Assembly (NCBI GenBank): GCA_016124645.1
Contig: WGNE01000017.1
Location: forward strand, 9,431 to 73,430
Length of the DNA: 64,000 bases
From: Alphaproteobacteria bacterium
GTDB taxonomy: Bacteria; Pseudomonadota; Alphaproteobacteria; Micavibrionales; UBA2020
Direction of reading: 5' to 3'
Of this stretch, positions 19,034-27,400 are shown in pieces. The position numbers and the translations under genes were made by a program. The number at the start of each line of letters is the position of its first letter. Within the stretch, counting starts at the first letter, position 1. Under the pieces are notes generated by a model, which saw only the letters and a program-made list of their open reading frames with translations, had not been told where the DNA came from and made no database searches.

Positions 19034-21760
19034 ATGACAAAAGTTTTCCGCCTGCCCAACGGTGTCACAGGGGTTTGCGAGGAACGTCCGCAATCGGGCA
19101 AGGTTTCCATGCAGATACACGTGAAGCTGGGCTCGGGCGACGAGGCGGCGGATGAAAACGGCCTGACGAACCTCATGCAGGAAGCCTGCTTCGGCGGCAC
19201 GGCCACGCGCTCGCGCACCGAAATCGCGCAGGGCATCGAGGACAAGGGCGGCTCCGTCGGCAGCTCCACCGGGCGCGGCAAGACCAGCTTCAGCGCGCTG
19301 TCCCTCGCGCGCCATGCGAAAGAAACCTTCGAGACGCTGGCCGACGTGGTGCGCAACCCCGCCTTCGACGACGCGGAAATCGAAAAGACCCGCCAGCAGC
19401 TCGTCCAGATCATCACCCATGAGGAAGAAGACGCGCGCAAGCAGGCGGTGGACAAGCTCTTCGCCGCCGTCTTCGCGGGCCAGCCGCTGGGCGCCTCGCC
19501 CGACGGCACGGTGCAAAGCGTCTCCGGCTTCACGGCGGAGCAGATCCGCGAAAAGCACGCCGCGCTGCTCGCGCATCCTGAAAACATCGTCGTTTCCTTC
19601 GCGGGCGACATCGACGCGAAAACGGCGGAGGACCTCGTCAAGCAGGCCTTCGGCGACCTCGTCCCCGCGCCCGCGCCCGCCAGAACGCCCGTGACCTTCG
19701 CGGGCGGGGACCTGCGCGAGGACCGCAACAACGAGCAGCTCAACCTCTACTTCGGCTTTCCCGCCCCCGCGCGCGGCGACGACGACAAATACGCCGCCAT
19801 GCTGTTCGAGGAACTGCTTTCGGGCGGCATGTCCGCGCCGCTGTTCCAGGAAATTCGCGAAAAGCGCGGGCTGGTCTATACCGTCGGCGCGGAATACGCG
19901 GACATGGACGACACCGGCTTGTTCCTCATCGGGGCGGGCACCGGCAAGGGCAACGCGGGCGAGCTGATGCAGGTCACCTTCGATCTGCTCTCCTCCATGG
20001 CGCGCGACGGTTTCGACGACGAGGCGCGCGAGCGCGTCGCCGACCGCATCATCCGCCAGATGAAGGACGCGGAGGAAAAGGCGAGCGGCATGGCCTCCGA
20101 CAACGCGGCCGAGCTGTTGAACGAAGGCCGCCTCGTCCCGCTGGCGGAGATCGAGGCGCGACTGCGCGCGGTCACCTCCGACGACATCCGCCGCGTCTGC
20201 ATCAACATGCTCAAGGACGGGGTCTATGGCCTCGGCGCCGTCGGCCCGCAGGATACGCTGCCGGACGCGAAAGACATCAAGGCCATGATGCAGGACGCGG
20301 TGAAAGGACTGACCGCGCCCGCCGCCACGGCGTCATCGCAGGCGACTTTCACCGCCGCCGCCACTTCCGCGCCGAGCGCGCCCGCGGCGGAGGAAATCAA
20401 GATGACGGTCCTGAAGAACGGCATGACCGTCGTCACGCTCGAGCGTCCCGGCAACCTGTCCTGCGGGGCATGGGTGGGCGCGGGCTCCGACCATGAAACG
20501 CCCGAGCTGAACGGCGCGACCCACATGAACGAGCACATGATGTTCAAGGGCACGCCCTCCTACGGCCCCGGCGAGATCGACCATATCGTCGAGAACGAGC
20601 TGCGCGGCAACCTCAACGCCTATACCACGCGCGACAAGACCTGCTATTACTTCTACAGCCTCAAGCCCGACGCGCTGGAGAAGGTCGTCGATATCTGCGG
20701 CGAGATGGTCTTCAAGGCCAACCTCGACCACGCGGAATTCGACGGCAAGACGGTGGTGAAGCCCGACGGCACGAAAGTGAAGAACAAGGGCGAGCGCGAC
20801 GTCGTCATCGAGGAGCTGCGCAAGTCCAACGACAAGGTGGAAAACCGCGCCGTCGATATCCTGATGGAAGCGGCCTACCCGAACCAGCCGCACGGCTGGA
20901 CCATCCTCGGCCCCGAAAGCACGCTGCGCGCGCTGACCGTCGAGCAGCTGGCCGCCTACCGCGACGAGTTCTACGTGCCCAACAACGTCATCTTTTCCGC
21001 CGTCGGCCCGGTGAAGCACGAGGATTTCGTCGCCATCGTGGAAAAGAAATACGGTTCCATGCCGTCCTCGCCCTTCCCGCCGCTGCCCGCCGCCACCTAT
21101 CAGGGCGGCACGGTCAGCGCGGAGGCGGACAGCGCGAAGCTTTGCACCATCATCCTCGCCGCGCCGGGGGTCGAAAAGACCAGCCCGGACACCTACGCCT
21201 ATGCCGCGCTCTCGACCATATTGGGCGGCGGCATGTCGTCGCGCCTGTACCGGCGCGTGGTGGACGAGGACCAGCTTTCCGCCGACATCGACACCTACAA
21301 CATGGATTTTCGCAACGCGGGTACCTTCATGGTCTTCGCGACGGCGGCGGCGGAAAACGTGAAGCCGCTCATCGGCGCGGTCTATGACGTGCTGCGCGAC
21401 GCGGCCGTCAACCTGACGCAGGAGGAACTCGACAAGGCCAAGGCAAAGATGGAAATGGCCCTGCTGCGCAACATGGAAACCAACGGCGGCGCCTGCGACG
21501 AGATCGCGGTCGATGTGCAGGACCACGGCAAGATCGTGACCGCGGCCGATGTTTCCGCCGCCATCGCCAAGCTGACGCTGGCCGACGTGAAGCGCGCGGC
21601 GCAGGAAATCCTTTCCCACAACCCGACCGCCGCCATGGTCGTGCCGCCCGGCACCGATCCCGCGCTGCTGCCCAAGCATACGGAGGTGGTCGCGCTGCGT
21701 GACGGAAAAAAGTCTTCACCGAAAGCGGCGCCCAAGGCGCCGAAACCGCCGGGGCTTTAA
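19034..21760 (+). CDS. M16 family zinc peptidase with two fused M16B-type subunits
   Basis: Two homologous halves (LPNG/LKNG starts, GGMS motifs) joined by an Ala/Thr/Pro linker; HMNEH zinc motif only in the second half. Confidence 0.9.
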   Translation: MTKVFRLPNGVTGVCEERPQSGKVSMQIHVKLGSGDEAADENGLTNLMQEACFGGTATRSRTEIAQGIEDKGGSVGSSTGRGKTSFSALSLARHAKETFETLADVVRNPAFDDAEIEKTRQQLVQIITHEEEDARKQAVDKLFAAVFAGQPLGASPDGTVQSVSGFTAEQIREKHAALLAHPENIVVSFAGDIDAKTAEDLVKQAFGDLVPAPAPARTPVTFAGGDLREDRNNEQLNLYFGFPAPARGDDDKYAAMLFEELLSGGMSAPLFQEIREKRGLVYTVGAEYADMDDTGLFLIGAGTGKGNAGELMQVTFDLLSSMARDGFDDEARERVADRIIRQMKDAEEKASGMASDNAAELLNEGRLVPLAEIEARLRAVTSDDIRRVCINMLKDGVYGLGAVGPQDTLPDAKDIKAMMQDAVKGLTAPAATASSQATFTAAATSAPSAPAAEEIKMTVLKNGMTVVTLERPGNLSCGAWVGAGSDHETPELNGATHMNEHMMFKGTPSYGPGEIDHIVENELRGNLNAYTTRDKTCYYFYSLKPDALEKVVDICGEMVFKANLDHAEFDGKTVVKPDGTKVKNKGERDVVIEELRKSNDKVENRAVDILMEAAYPNQPHGWTILGPESTLRALTVEQLAAYRDEFYVPNNVIFSAVGPVKHEDFVAIVEKKYGSMPSSPFPPLPAATYQGGTVSAEADSAKLCTIILAAPGVEKTSPDTYAYAALSTILGGGMSSRLYRRVVDEDQLSADIDTYNMDFRNAGTFMVFATAAAENVKPLIGAVYDVLRDAAVNLTQEELDKAKAKMEMALLRNMETNGGACDEIAVDVQDHGKIVTAADVSAAIAKLTLADVKRAAQEILSHNPTAAMVVPPGTDPALLPKHTEVVALRDGKKSSPKAAPKAPKPPGL

Positions 21761-23220
21761 GCTGAGGTCTCTTGCGGGGCCGTTTCAGGCTCCGGCGGGA
21801 TTTCCGCGGCTGTTTTCGGTTCCGGTTCCGGTACAGGCTCCGGCGGTGCGGCGAATTTGCGCGCGTCGATCAGGAAGCGGTGCGCCAGCACGTGGTAGAG
21901 CGGCATCGGCATCAACAGGCGCGACACGGCGGCGGCCAGCACGGCGGCGGCGATCAGCGGGGCGGGCATCACGCCCTTGCCGGTCACTTCCAGCACGATG
22001 ACGAAGGAGGTGATGGGCGCCTGCGTCACGCCTGCGAAATAGGCGCACATGCCAAGTAAAATGACCCCCTGCATCGGCGTATGCCCCAGCCACGGCGAAA
22101 GGGCGGAGCCCACCGCCGCGCCGACCGAAAGGCTGGGCGAGAAGATGCCGCCCGGCACGCCCGAGAAGCCCGAAAAGACCGTCGCCAGCAGTTTCGCGCC
22201 GACATAGCCCCATGACACGCTGGTGCGCTCGTGCAGCAGGTCGTTGGCCAGCGTATAGCCGGTGCCATAGGTCGCGCCGTGGGTGGCGAGGCCCAGCAGC
22301 GCGATGATGAGGCCGCAAAAGGCCGCGAACCACAGCGGGTGGCGGCTGCCCATGCCGTGCAGCTTGTCGCGCAGGTATTTCCCGCCCTTGGTCAGGAAAA
22401 GGCTGAACAGCGCGCCCAGAAAGCCGCCGACCACGCCGGTCACGACGATCGCCGTGCTGTCGCGCGCGAGGTCGAAGACCGTATCTGCGTAGCCGAAGTA
22501 ATTGTAGTTGCCCAGCACCGACATGGAGGCCGCGCCGGACAGCACGATGGCCATCAAAACCACGCCGCTGCTGCGGTGGTGAAAGCCGCGCGCCATTTCC
22601 TCGATCGCGAAGATGATGCCGGCCAGCGGGGTGTTGAAAGCGGCGGCTACGCCCGCGGCGGCGCCGGCCAGCACGATGTCGCGCTCGCCCGTCATGCGGC
22701 CGAAGCGCGCGCTCAGCATCATCAGCGCCGCGCCGACCTGCACCGTCGGCCCCTCCCGTCCGATGGAGCCGCCGCCCAGCAGGGCGAGGAAGGTCAGCAG
22801 CATCTTGCCCGCGATGACGCGCGGACCCAGCAGGTATTTGCGTTCCTTCTCGCCTTGCAGCGCATGGGCGGCGATGGCCTGCGGAATGCCGCTGCCCGGG
22901 GTGGAAGGGCAATAGCGCGCCACCAGCCAGGCGGAGAGGAAGAACATCAGCGGGCTCATCGCCAGCGGCAGCAGCGGCAGGCGCGTGGAAAGCGTGGCGA
23001 AGATGTCCTGCACCTTGTCGGCGAAAAGCGCGAAATAGACGGAAACGACGCCCACGCAGATCGCGCCGGTCCAGAAGACCAGCCTGCGCCTCCACATCTT
23101 GGGCGAAAGCATCAGGGCGTGAATGCGGCGGAACCGCTTGGCGTTGTCGTGCATGGCGTATCGTCGGGGGAGGCCTGAAGGTCCGGCGGGCGCGGCTTTG
23201 CGGGCGGGGTCTTCGGTCAT
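21757..23220 (-). CDS. ClC family H+/Cl- antiporter
   Basis: GSGIP, GREGP, AAAFNTPLAG, GGIFSP motifs; start may be 23154. Confidence 0.9.
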   Translation of the reverse strand: MTEDPARKAAPAGPSGLPRRYAMHDNAKRFRRIHALMLSPKMWRRRLVFWTGAICVGVVSVYFALFADKVQDIFATLSTRLPLLPLAMSPLMFFLSAWLVARYCPSTPGSGIPQAIAAHALQGEKERKYLLGPRVIAGKMLLTFLALLGGGSIGREGPTVQVGAALMMLSARFGRMTGERDIVLAGAAAGVAAAFNTPLAGIIFAIEEMARGFHHRSSGVVLMAIVLSGAASMSVLGNYNYFGYADTVFDLARDSTAIVVTGVVGGFLGALFSLFLTKGGKYLRDKLHGMGSRHPLWFAAFCGLIIALLGLATHGATYGTGYTLANDLLHERTSVSWGYVGAKLLATVFSGFSGVPGGIFSPSLSVGAAVGSALSPWLGHTPMQGVILLGMCAYFAGVTQAPITSFVIVLEVTGKGVMPAPLIAAAVLAAAVSRLLMPMPLYHVLAHRFLIDARKFAAPPEPVPEPEPKTAAEIPPEPETAPQETSA

Positions 23221-23406
23221 GTCCTGCGGCGCAGATTCTCACAGGCGGCCTTGGCGTTCAAGCGCATCATGGAGATATTTTATTTTTCGTAATGTTAAAA
23301 AAGGAGATTCTTTGCCGATTGACGGCATGGGGGAAAGGTGATGAGATTCCACGCAGGGCAAAATCATTCTCTTTTCACCGTTTTAAAAATTCAGGGAGTA
23401 CTTCTC

Positions 23407-23934
23407 ATGTTTACACGCAAATCCGTCATCGCTTTCGCGCTCGCCGCTTTTCTTTCACTGGGGCTGGCCGCCGCGCCCGCCGATGCCGCCGGCACGCATA
23501 TGATGAAGGGCGGCAAGACCGGCTGTCCGATGATGAAGAAAAAAGGCTGTCCCATGTCGGACGCCCATATGAAGATGATGCACGAGGCGATGAAAAAGGC
23601 CTTCGCTGAAAACAAGCCGCTGATGAAGCAGGCGGGCGATCTTCATAAACAAATGGACGCCGTGATGACGGCGAAGAAATTCGACGCCAAGGCCTATCTC
23701 TCCCTCAGCGACAAGATGGGCGCGCTGCACGACAAGATGATGCGCAACCACGCCAAGGCCTTCGCTTCCGTCGCGGGCAAGCTCTCGCAGGACGAGCGCA
23801 AGGACATGGCCGCGCACCGCATGATGGGCATGCAGCATGGCATGCACGGCAAAATGCACGGGGGCATGATGCACGGCTGGGGCGCAATGCACGATGGCGG
23901 CCGGAAAAGCTGGTTCAGCCACCTCAACCAGTAA
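23407..23934 (+). CDS. Met/His-rich periplasmic protein (Spy/CpxP/heavy-metal-sensor-like)
   Basis: GGGAG RBS, signal peptide ending ADA, helical core with FD...LSQDER, two GCPM repeats, MHG repeats at the C-terminus. Confidence 0.7.
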   Translation: MFTRKSVIAFALAAFLSLGLAAAPADAAGTHMMKGGKTGCPMMKKKGCPMSDAHMKMMHEAMKKAFAENKPLMKQAGDLHKQMDAVMTAKKFDAKAYLSLSDKMGALHDKMMRNHAKAFASVAGKLSQDERKDMAAHRMMGMQHGMHGKMHGGMMHGWGAMHDGGRKSWFSHLNQ

Positions 23935-23954
23935 CCCGTACCCGTCTTCAGTTT

Positions 23955-23992
23955 GAAAAACCGGCGCCGCATATGCAGGCGCCGGTTTTTTC
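23955..23992 (+). terminator. Intrinsic terminator
   Basis: gaaaaaccggcgcc-gcatatgca-ggcgccggttttttc hairpin followed by a T tract. Confidence 0.82.
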
Positions 23993-24093
23993 ACCTGTGC
24001 CGTTTTCCACTACAGTCTTGATTAATCAATAAAAACCCGTGATGATAGGCCATGCCTGTCCGTTGAAAACGCAACTCCCGGGGAACGGCCTGA

Positions 24094-25227
24094 ATGGCAA
24101 CCTATTACACGATTCGCAAGGAAGACGGAAAAGAAGGCGCGCTGGCCTTCGACCTTTCCGGCGCGTGGACGGTGGGGGCGCTCAGCGAGATCGACGATGA
24201 TTTTTCGGGCGACTGCTTCGCGGATGCGCGGCGCGTTTCCTTCGACGGGCGCGGCCTTGCGGATTTCGACACTTCCGCCGCATGGTACCTCAACGACCTC
24301 GTCATCCGCCTGAAGGGGCGGGGCGTCGAGGCTGCCGTCGGCAATCTTTCCGACCATCACCGCCTGATCTTCGAGCGCGTCTCCAACCTGCCGCAGGAAA
24401 AGGAAGAGAGGCGCGAAGAGCCGGGGCCGCTGCACCAGGCGCTGAAGAACATCGGCGCGGAAGCGGTGGAGCTGACGAATGAAATGACGCAGGGCGTCTC
24501 GTTCTTCGGCGAATTTGCCGCCTTTTTGCCGCGTATCTTGCTGTCGGCCAAGAACCTGCGCTTTCGCAGCATCATCTTCCACATCAACGAGGTCGGCATC
24601 AAGGCGCTGCCCATCATCTCGCTCATGGCCTTTTCCATCTCGCTCGTCACGGGCTATCAGGGCGCGTTCCAGCTGGGCAAGTTCGGGGCGAAGATATTCA
24701 CCATCGACCTCATCACCATTTCCACCCTGCGCGAGATGGGCGTGCTGCTCACCGCCATCATGCTGGCCGGGCGCTCGGGCAGCGCCTTCGCCGCGCAGCT
24801 GGGCACCATGAAGCTGAACGAGGAGGTGGACGCGCTGAAGACGATGGGCGTTTCGCCCTTCACGGTGCTGGTCATGCCGCGGGTGCTGGCCATCCTCATC
24901 GCCCTGCCGTTGCTTACGCTGGTGGCGGACGGCATGGGGCTGATGGGCGGCTATGTCTTCTCCAAGATGTTCCTGGGCTACAGTTACGTGCAGTTTCTGG
25001 GCCGCATGCAGCAGGCGGCGGATCTTGCGCAGCTCGGCGTCGGCATGCTCAAGGCGCCGTTTTTCGCCGTCATCATCGGCATCGTCGGCTGCATGCAGGG
25101 GCTTTCCGTGCGCGGCTCGGCGGAGGAAGTGGGGCGGCGCACCACGGCGGCCGTGGTGCAGTCCATCTTCCTCGTCATCATCGCCGACGCGCTGTTTTCC
25201 ATCCTGTTCACGAGGCTGGGGATATGA
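24094..25227 (+). CDS. mlaE: MlaE-family ABC permease with N-terminal STAS-like domain
   Basis: LREMGVLLTAIMLAGRSGSAFAAQLGTMKLNEEVDAL; EVGRRTTAAVV; N-terminal DFDTSAAW. Confidence 0.88.
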   Translation: MATYYTIRKEDGKEGALAFDLSGAWTVGALSEIDDDFSGDCFADARRVSFDGRGLADFDTSAAWYLNDLVIRLKGRGVEAAVGNLSDHHRLIFERVSNLPQEKEERREEPGPLHQALKNIGAEAVELTNEMTQGVSFFGEFAAFLPRILLSAKNLRFRSIIFHINEVGIKALPIISLMAFSISLVTGYQGAFQLGKFGAKIFTIDLITISTLREMGVLLTAIMLAGRSGSAFAAQLGTMKLNEEVDALKTMGVSPFTVLVMPRVLAILIALPLLTLVADGMGLMGGYVFSKMFLGYSYVQFLGRMQQAADLAQLGVGMLKAPFFAVIIGIVGCMQGLSVRGSAEEVGRRTTAAVVQSIFLVIIADALFSILFTRLGI

Positions 25228-26015
25228 ACGCGGCGAAAAAACAGGCGCGGGAGAAAAAACCCGTCATCACGGCCAAGGGCATCGTCAACCGCTTCGGCGA
25301 CCACGTTGTGCACGACGGGCTGGATTTCGAGATTTTGCCGGGCGAGGTCATCGGCGTCGTCGGCGGCTCGGGCAGCGGCAAGTCCGTCCTGCTGCGCACG
25401 ATCATCGGGCTCAACCGCCCGGCGGCGGGCACGGTCGCCATTCAGGGGCGCGACATTTTCAAGCTTTCGCCCGACGAATTTTTTCAGGCCCAGCATCTCT
25501 GGGGCGTTTTGTTCCAGCAGGGCGCGCTGTTTTCCAACCTCACCGTCATCGAGAACATCGCCTTCCAGCTGCACGAGATGACGGATTTGCCCGACGACAT
25601 CATCCACCGCCTCGCGCGCATGAAGGTCGAGCTGGTGGGGCTGCCCGCCAACGCGGGGCCGAAATACCCGGCGGAGCTTTCGGGCGGGATGATCAAGCGC
25701 GCCGCGCTCGCCCGCGCGATGGCGCTGGACCCCAAGGTGCTCTTCCTCGACGAGCCGACCTCGGGCCTCGACCCCATTTCGGCCGAAGGGTTCGACAAGC
25801 TCATCCGCGACCTCGTCGATTACCTCGGCATCTCGGTCTTCATGATCACGCACGACCTCGACAGCCTGTTTTCCATCTGCGACCGCGTGGCGGTGCTGGT
25901 GGACAAGAAGATCAAGCTGGGCACGCTGCAGGAGCAGCTGGACGACCCGCACCCGTGGCTGCGGGAATATTTCCACGGGGCGCGGGCGCGCGCCGCCGGG
26001 CACAAGAAAGCATGA
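25224..26015 (+). CDS. mlaF: MlaF-family ABC ATP-binding protein
   Basis: GGSGSGKS, LSGGMIKRAALAR, LFLDEPTSGLDP, ITHDL. Confidence 0.9.
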   Translation: MNAAKKQAREKKPVITAKGIVNRFGDHVVHDGLDFEILPGEVIGVVGGSGSGKSVLLRTIIGLNRPAAGTVAIQGRDIFKLSPDEFFQAQHLWGVLFQQGALFSNLTVIENIAFQLHEMTDLPDDIIHRLARMKVELVGLPANAGPKYPAELSGGMIKRAALARAMALDPKVLFLDEPTSGLDPISAEGFDKLIRDLVDYLGISVFMITHDLDSLFSICDRVAVLVDKKIKLGTLQEQLDDPHPWLREYFHGARARAAGHKKA

Positions 26016-26038
26016 GAGAAAAGGGGGACGGATAGGAC

Positions 26039-26731
26039 ATGGAAACCGAAAAGTATTATTTCAGGGTGGGGTTCTTCTGCCTTGCCGTGCTCATCGGTCT
26101 GGTCTGGCTGCTCTTCGCCTTCGGCGGCGGGCACGACAGCAAGAACTTCGTGCGCTACGCGATCTATTTCGACAACTCTGTCAGCGGCCTCGCGCGCGGC
26201 GCGCCGGTGAAGCTGCGCGGCATCGAGGTCGGGCTGGTGGATGACCTGCACTTCGTCTCGCGCGACAACGACCGCATCGTCGCCGTCGTCGATATCGTCG
26301 ATAACGCGCCGATCCGCGAGGATACGGTGGCTTCCATCGACTTTCAGGGCATCACCGGCACGTCCTACATCAGCCTCGACAATACAGAGTCGAACGCGCC
26401 GCCCGCCTTCCTGAGGAAAAAGCCGGGGCAGGAATTTCCCGTCATCCAGTCCAAGAAGTCGGGCCTGCAGAACGTGCTGTCCAACGCGCCGGAGCTGATG
26501 GGCAAGCTGGCGCTGACCAACCAGCAGCTGCAAAAGCTGCTCAGCGACCAGAACATCGGCGCGCTGCAGGGCTTGTTCGTGCAGGCGCATGACCTGATGC
26601 TGGAATCGACCGCGACCATGCGCGAGATCAGGATGCTGGCCCGCACCCTGCGCGAAGACCCCGCCGTGGTGCTGCACGGCGACAAGTACCGGGGCTACAA
26701 GGTGAAGGACGGCGCGCAGGTGACGAAATGA
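26039..26731 (+). CDS. mlaD: MlaD/MCE-domain protein
   Basis: N-terminal TM anchor, SVSGL..GAPVKLRGIEVG, QGITG. Confidence 0.85.
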   Translation: METEKYYFRVGFFCLAVLIGLVWLLFAFGGGHDSKNFVRYAIYFDNSVSGLARGAPVKLRGIEVGLVDDLHFVSRDNDRIVAVVDIVDNAPIREDTVASIDFQGITGTSYISLDNTESNAPPAFLRKKPGQEFPVIQSKKSGLQNVLSNAPELMGKLALTNQQLQKLLSDQNIGALQGLFVQAHDLMLESTATMREIRMLARTLREDPAVVLHGDKYRGYKVKDGAQVTK

Positions 26732-27399
26732 GGAAAAGAACGGTTTTAATGGTTTTCGCGCTGCTCGCGGTTCTTGCGGGCTGTCATTTGACGCCGGTGG
26801 ACACGGGGCGGTCCTATATGTTCGCCCTGCGGCCCGACTTCGCGCCGCCCGCGCCAGCGTCAAAGGCGGTGGCGGCCAGCCTGACGGTCGGCCTGCCCGT
26901 CGCGCCGGACGCGCTGGACACCTACCGCGTCGCCCTGCTGCGCGGCGGCGGCGTCTGGGATTATTACGCGGGCGCGCGCTGGGCGGACTTCTTGACGGGC
27001 ATGGTGCAGGACAGCCTCGTGAAATCCATCGAAACGACGCAGGTCTTCGACAACGTGGCATCGGACGCGGCGGGGCTGACCGGGGGGCTGATCCTGAAGC
27101 CCGAAATCCGCGCCTTCAACGCCGAATACGGACCGGGCGGCGACCGGCCTGTCATCCACGTGCGCATCGTGGCGACGCTGATGACGGGCATATCGCGCGA
27201 GAATATCGCGAGCATTGACGCCAGCGACGACCGCAGGGCGGCGGACGACAGCCTGCCCGCCATTCAGGCCGCCTTCCGCAAGGCCTATCTTGCCGTGGAA
27301 AAGAAACTGGTGGCCCGGTTGCTGGCGGCGGCGCGCGCGGGGGCGGCCGACTTGCAAAAGCCCGCCACGCCCGTCAAGCAGACGCAAGAAACGCCTTGA
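26728..27399 (+). CDS. ABC-type transport auxiliary lipoprotein (PqiC-like)
   Basis: Lipobox VLAGC, YYAGARWAD motif; last gene of the mla-like operon. Confidence 0.78.
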   Translation: MRKRTVLMVFALLAVLAGCHLTPVDTGRSYMFALRPDFAPPAPASKAVAASLTVGLPVAPDALDTYRVALLRGGGVWDYYAGARWADFLTGMVQDSLVKSIETTQVFDNVASDAAGLTGGLILKPEIRAFNAEYGPGGDRPVIHVRIVATLMTGISRENIASIDASDDRRAADDSLPAIQAAFRKAYLAVEKKLVARLLAAARAGAADLQKPATPVKQTQETP

Positions 27400-27400
27400 C

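Noticed and set aside
21757-21850. Pro/Glu-rich tail of the second ClC as another member of the basic-tail group
   Set aside because: The tail is acidic and belongs to an inner-membrane protein; its composition differs from the Lys/Arg/Pro tails.
24018-24029. Palindrome TTGATTAATCAA upstream of mlaE as an FNR box
   Set aside because: The half-sites are separated by 2 bp rather than 4; it may bind another regulator but is not counted in the FNR regulon.
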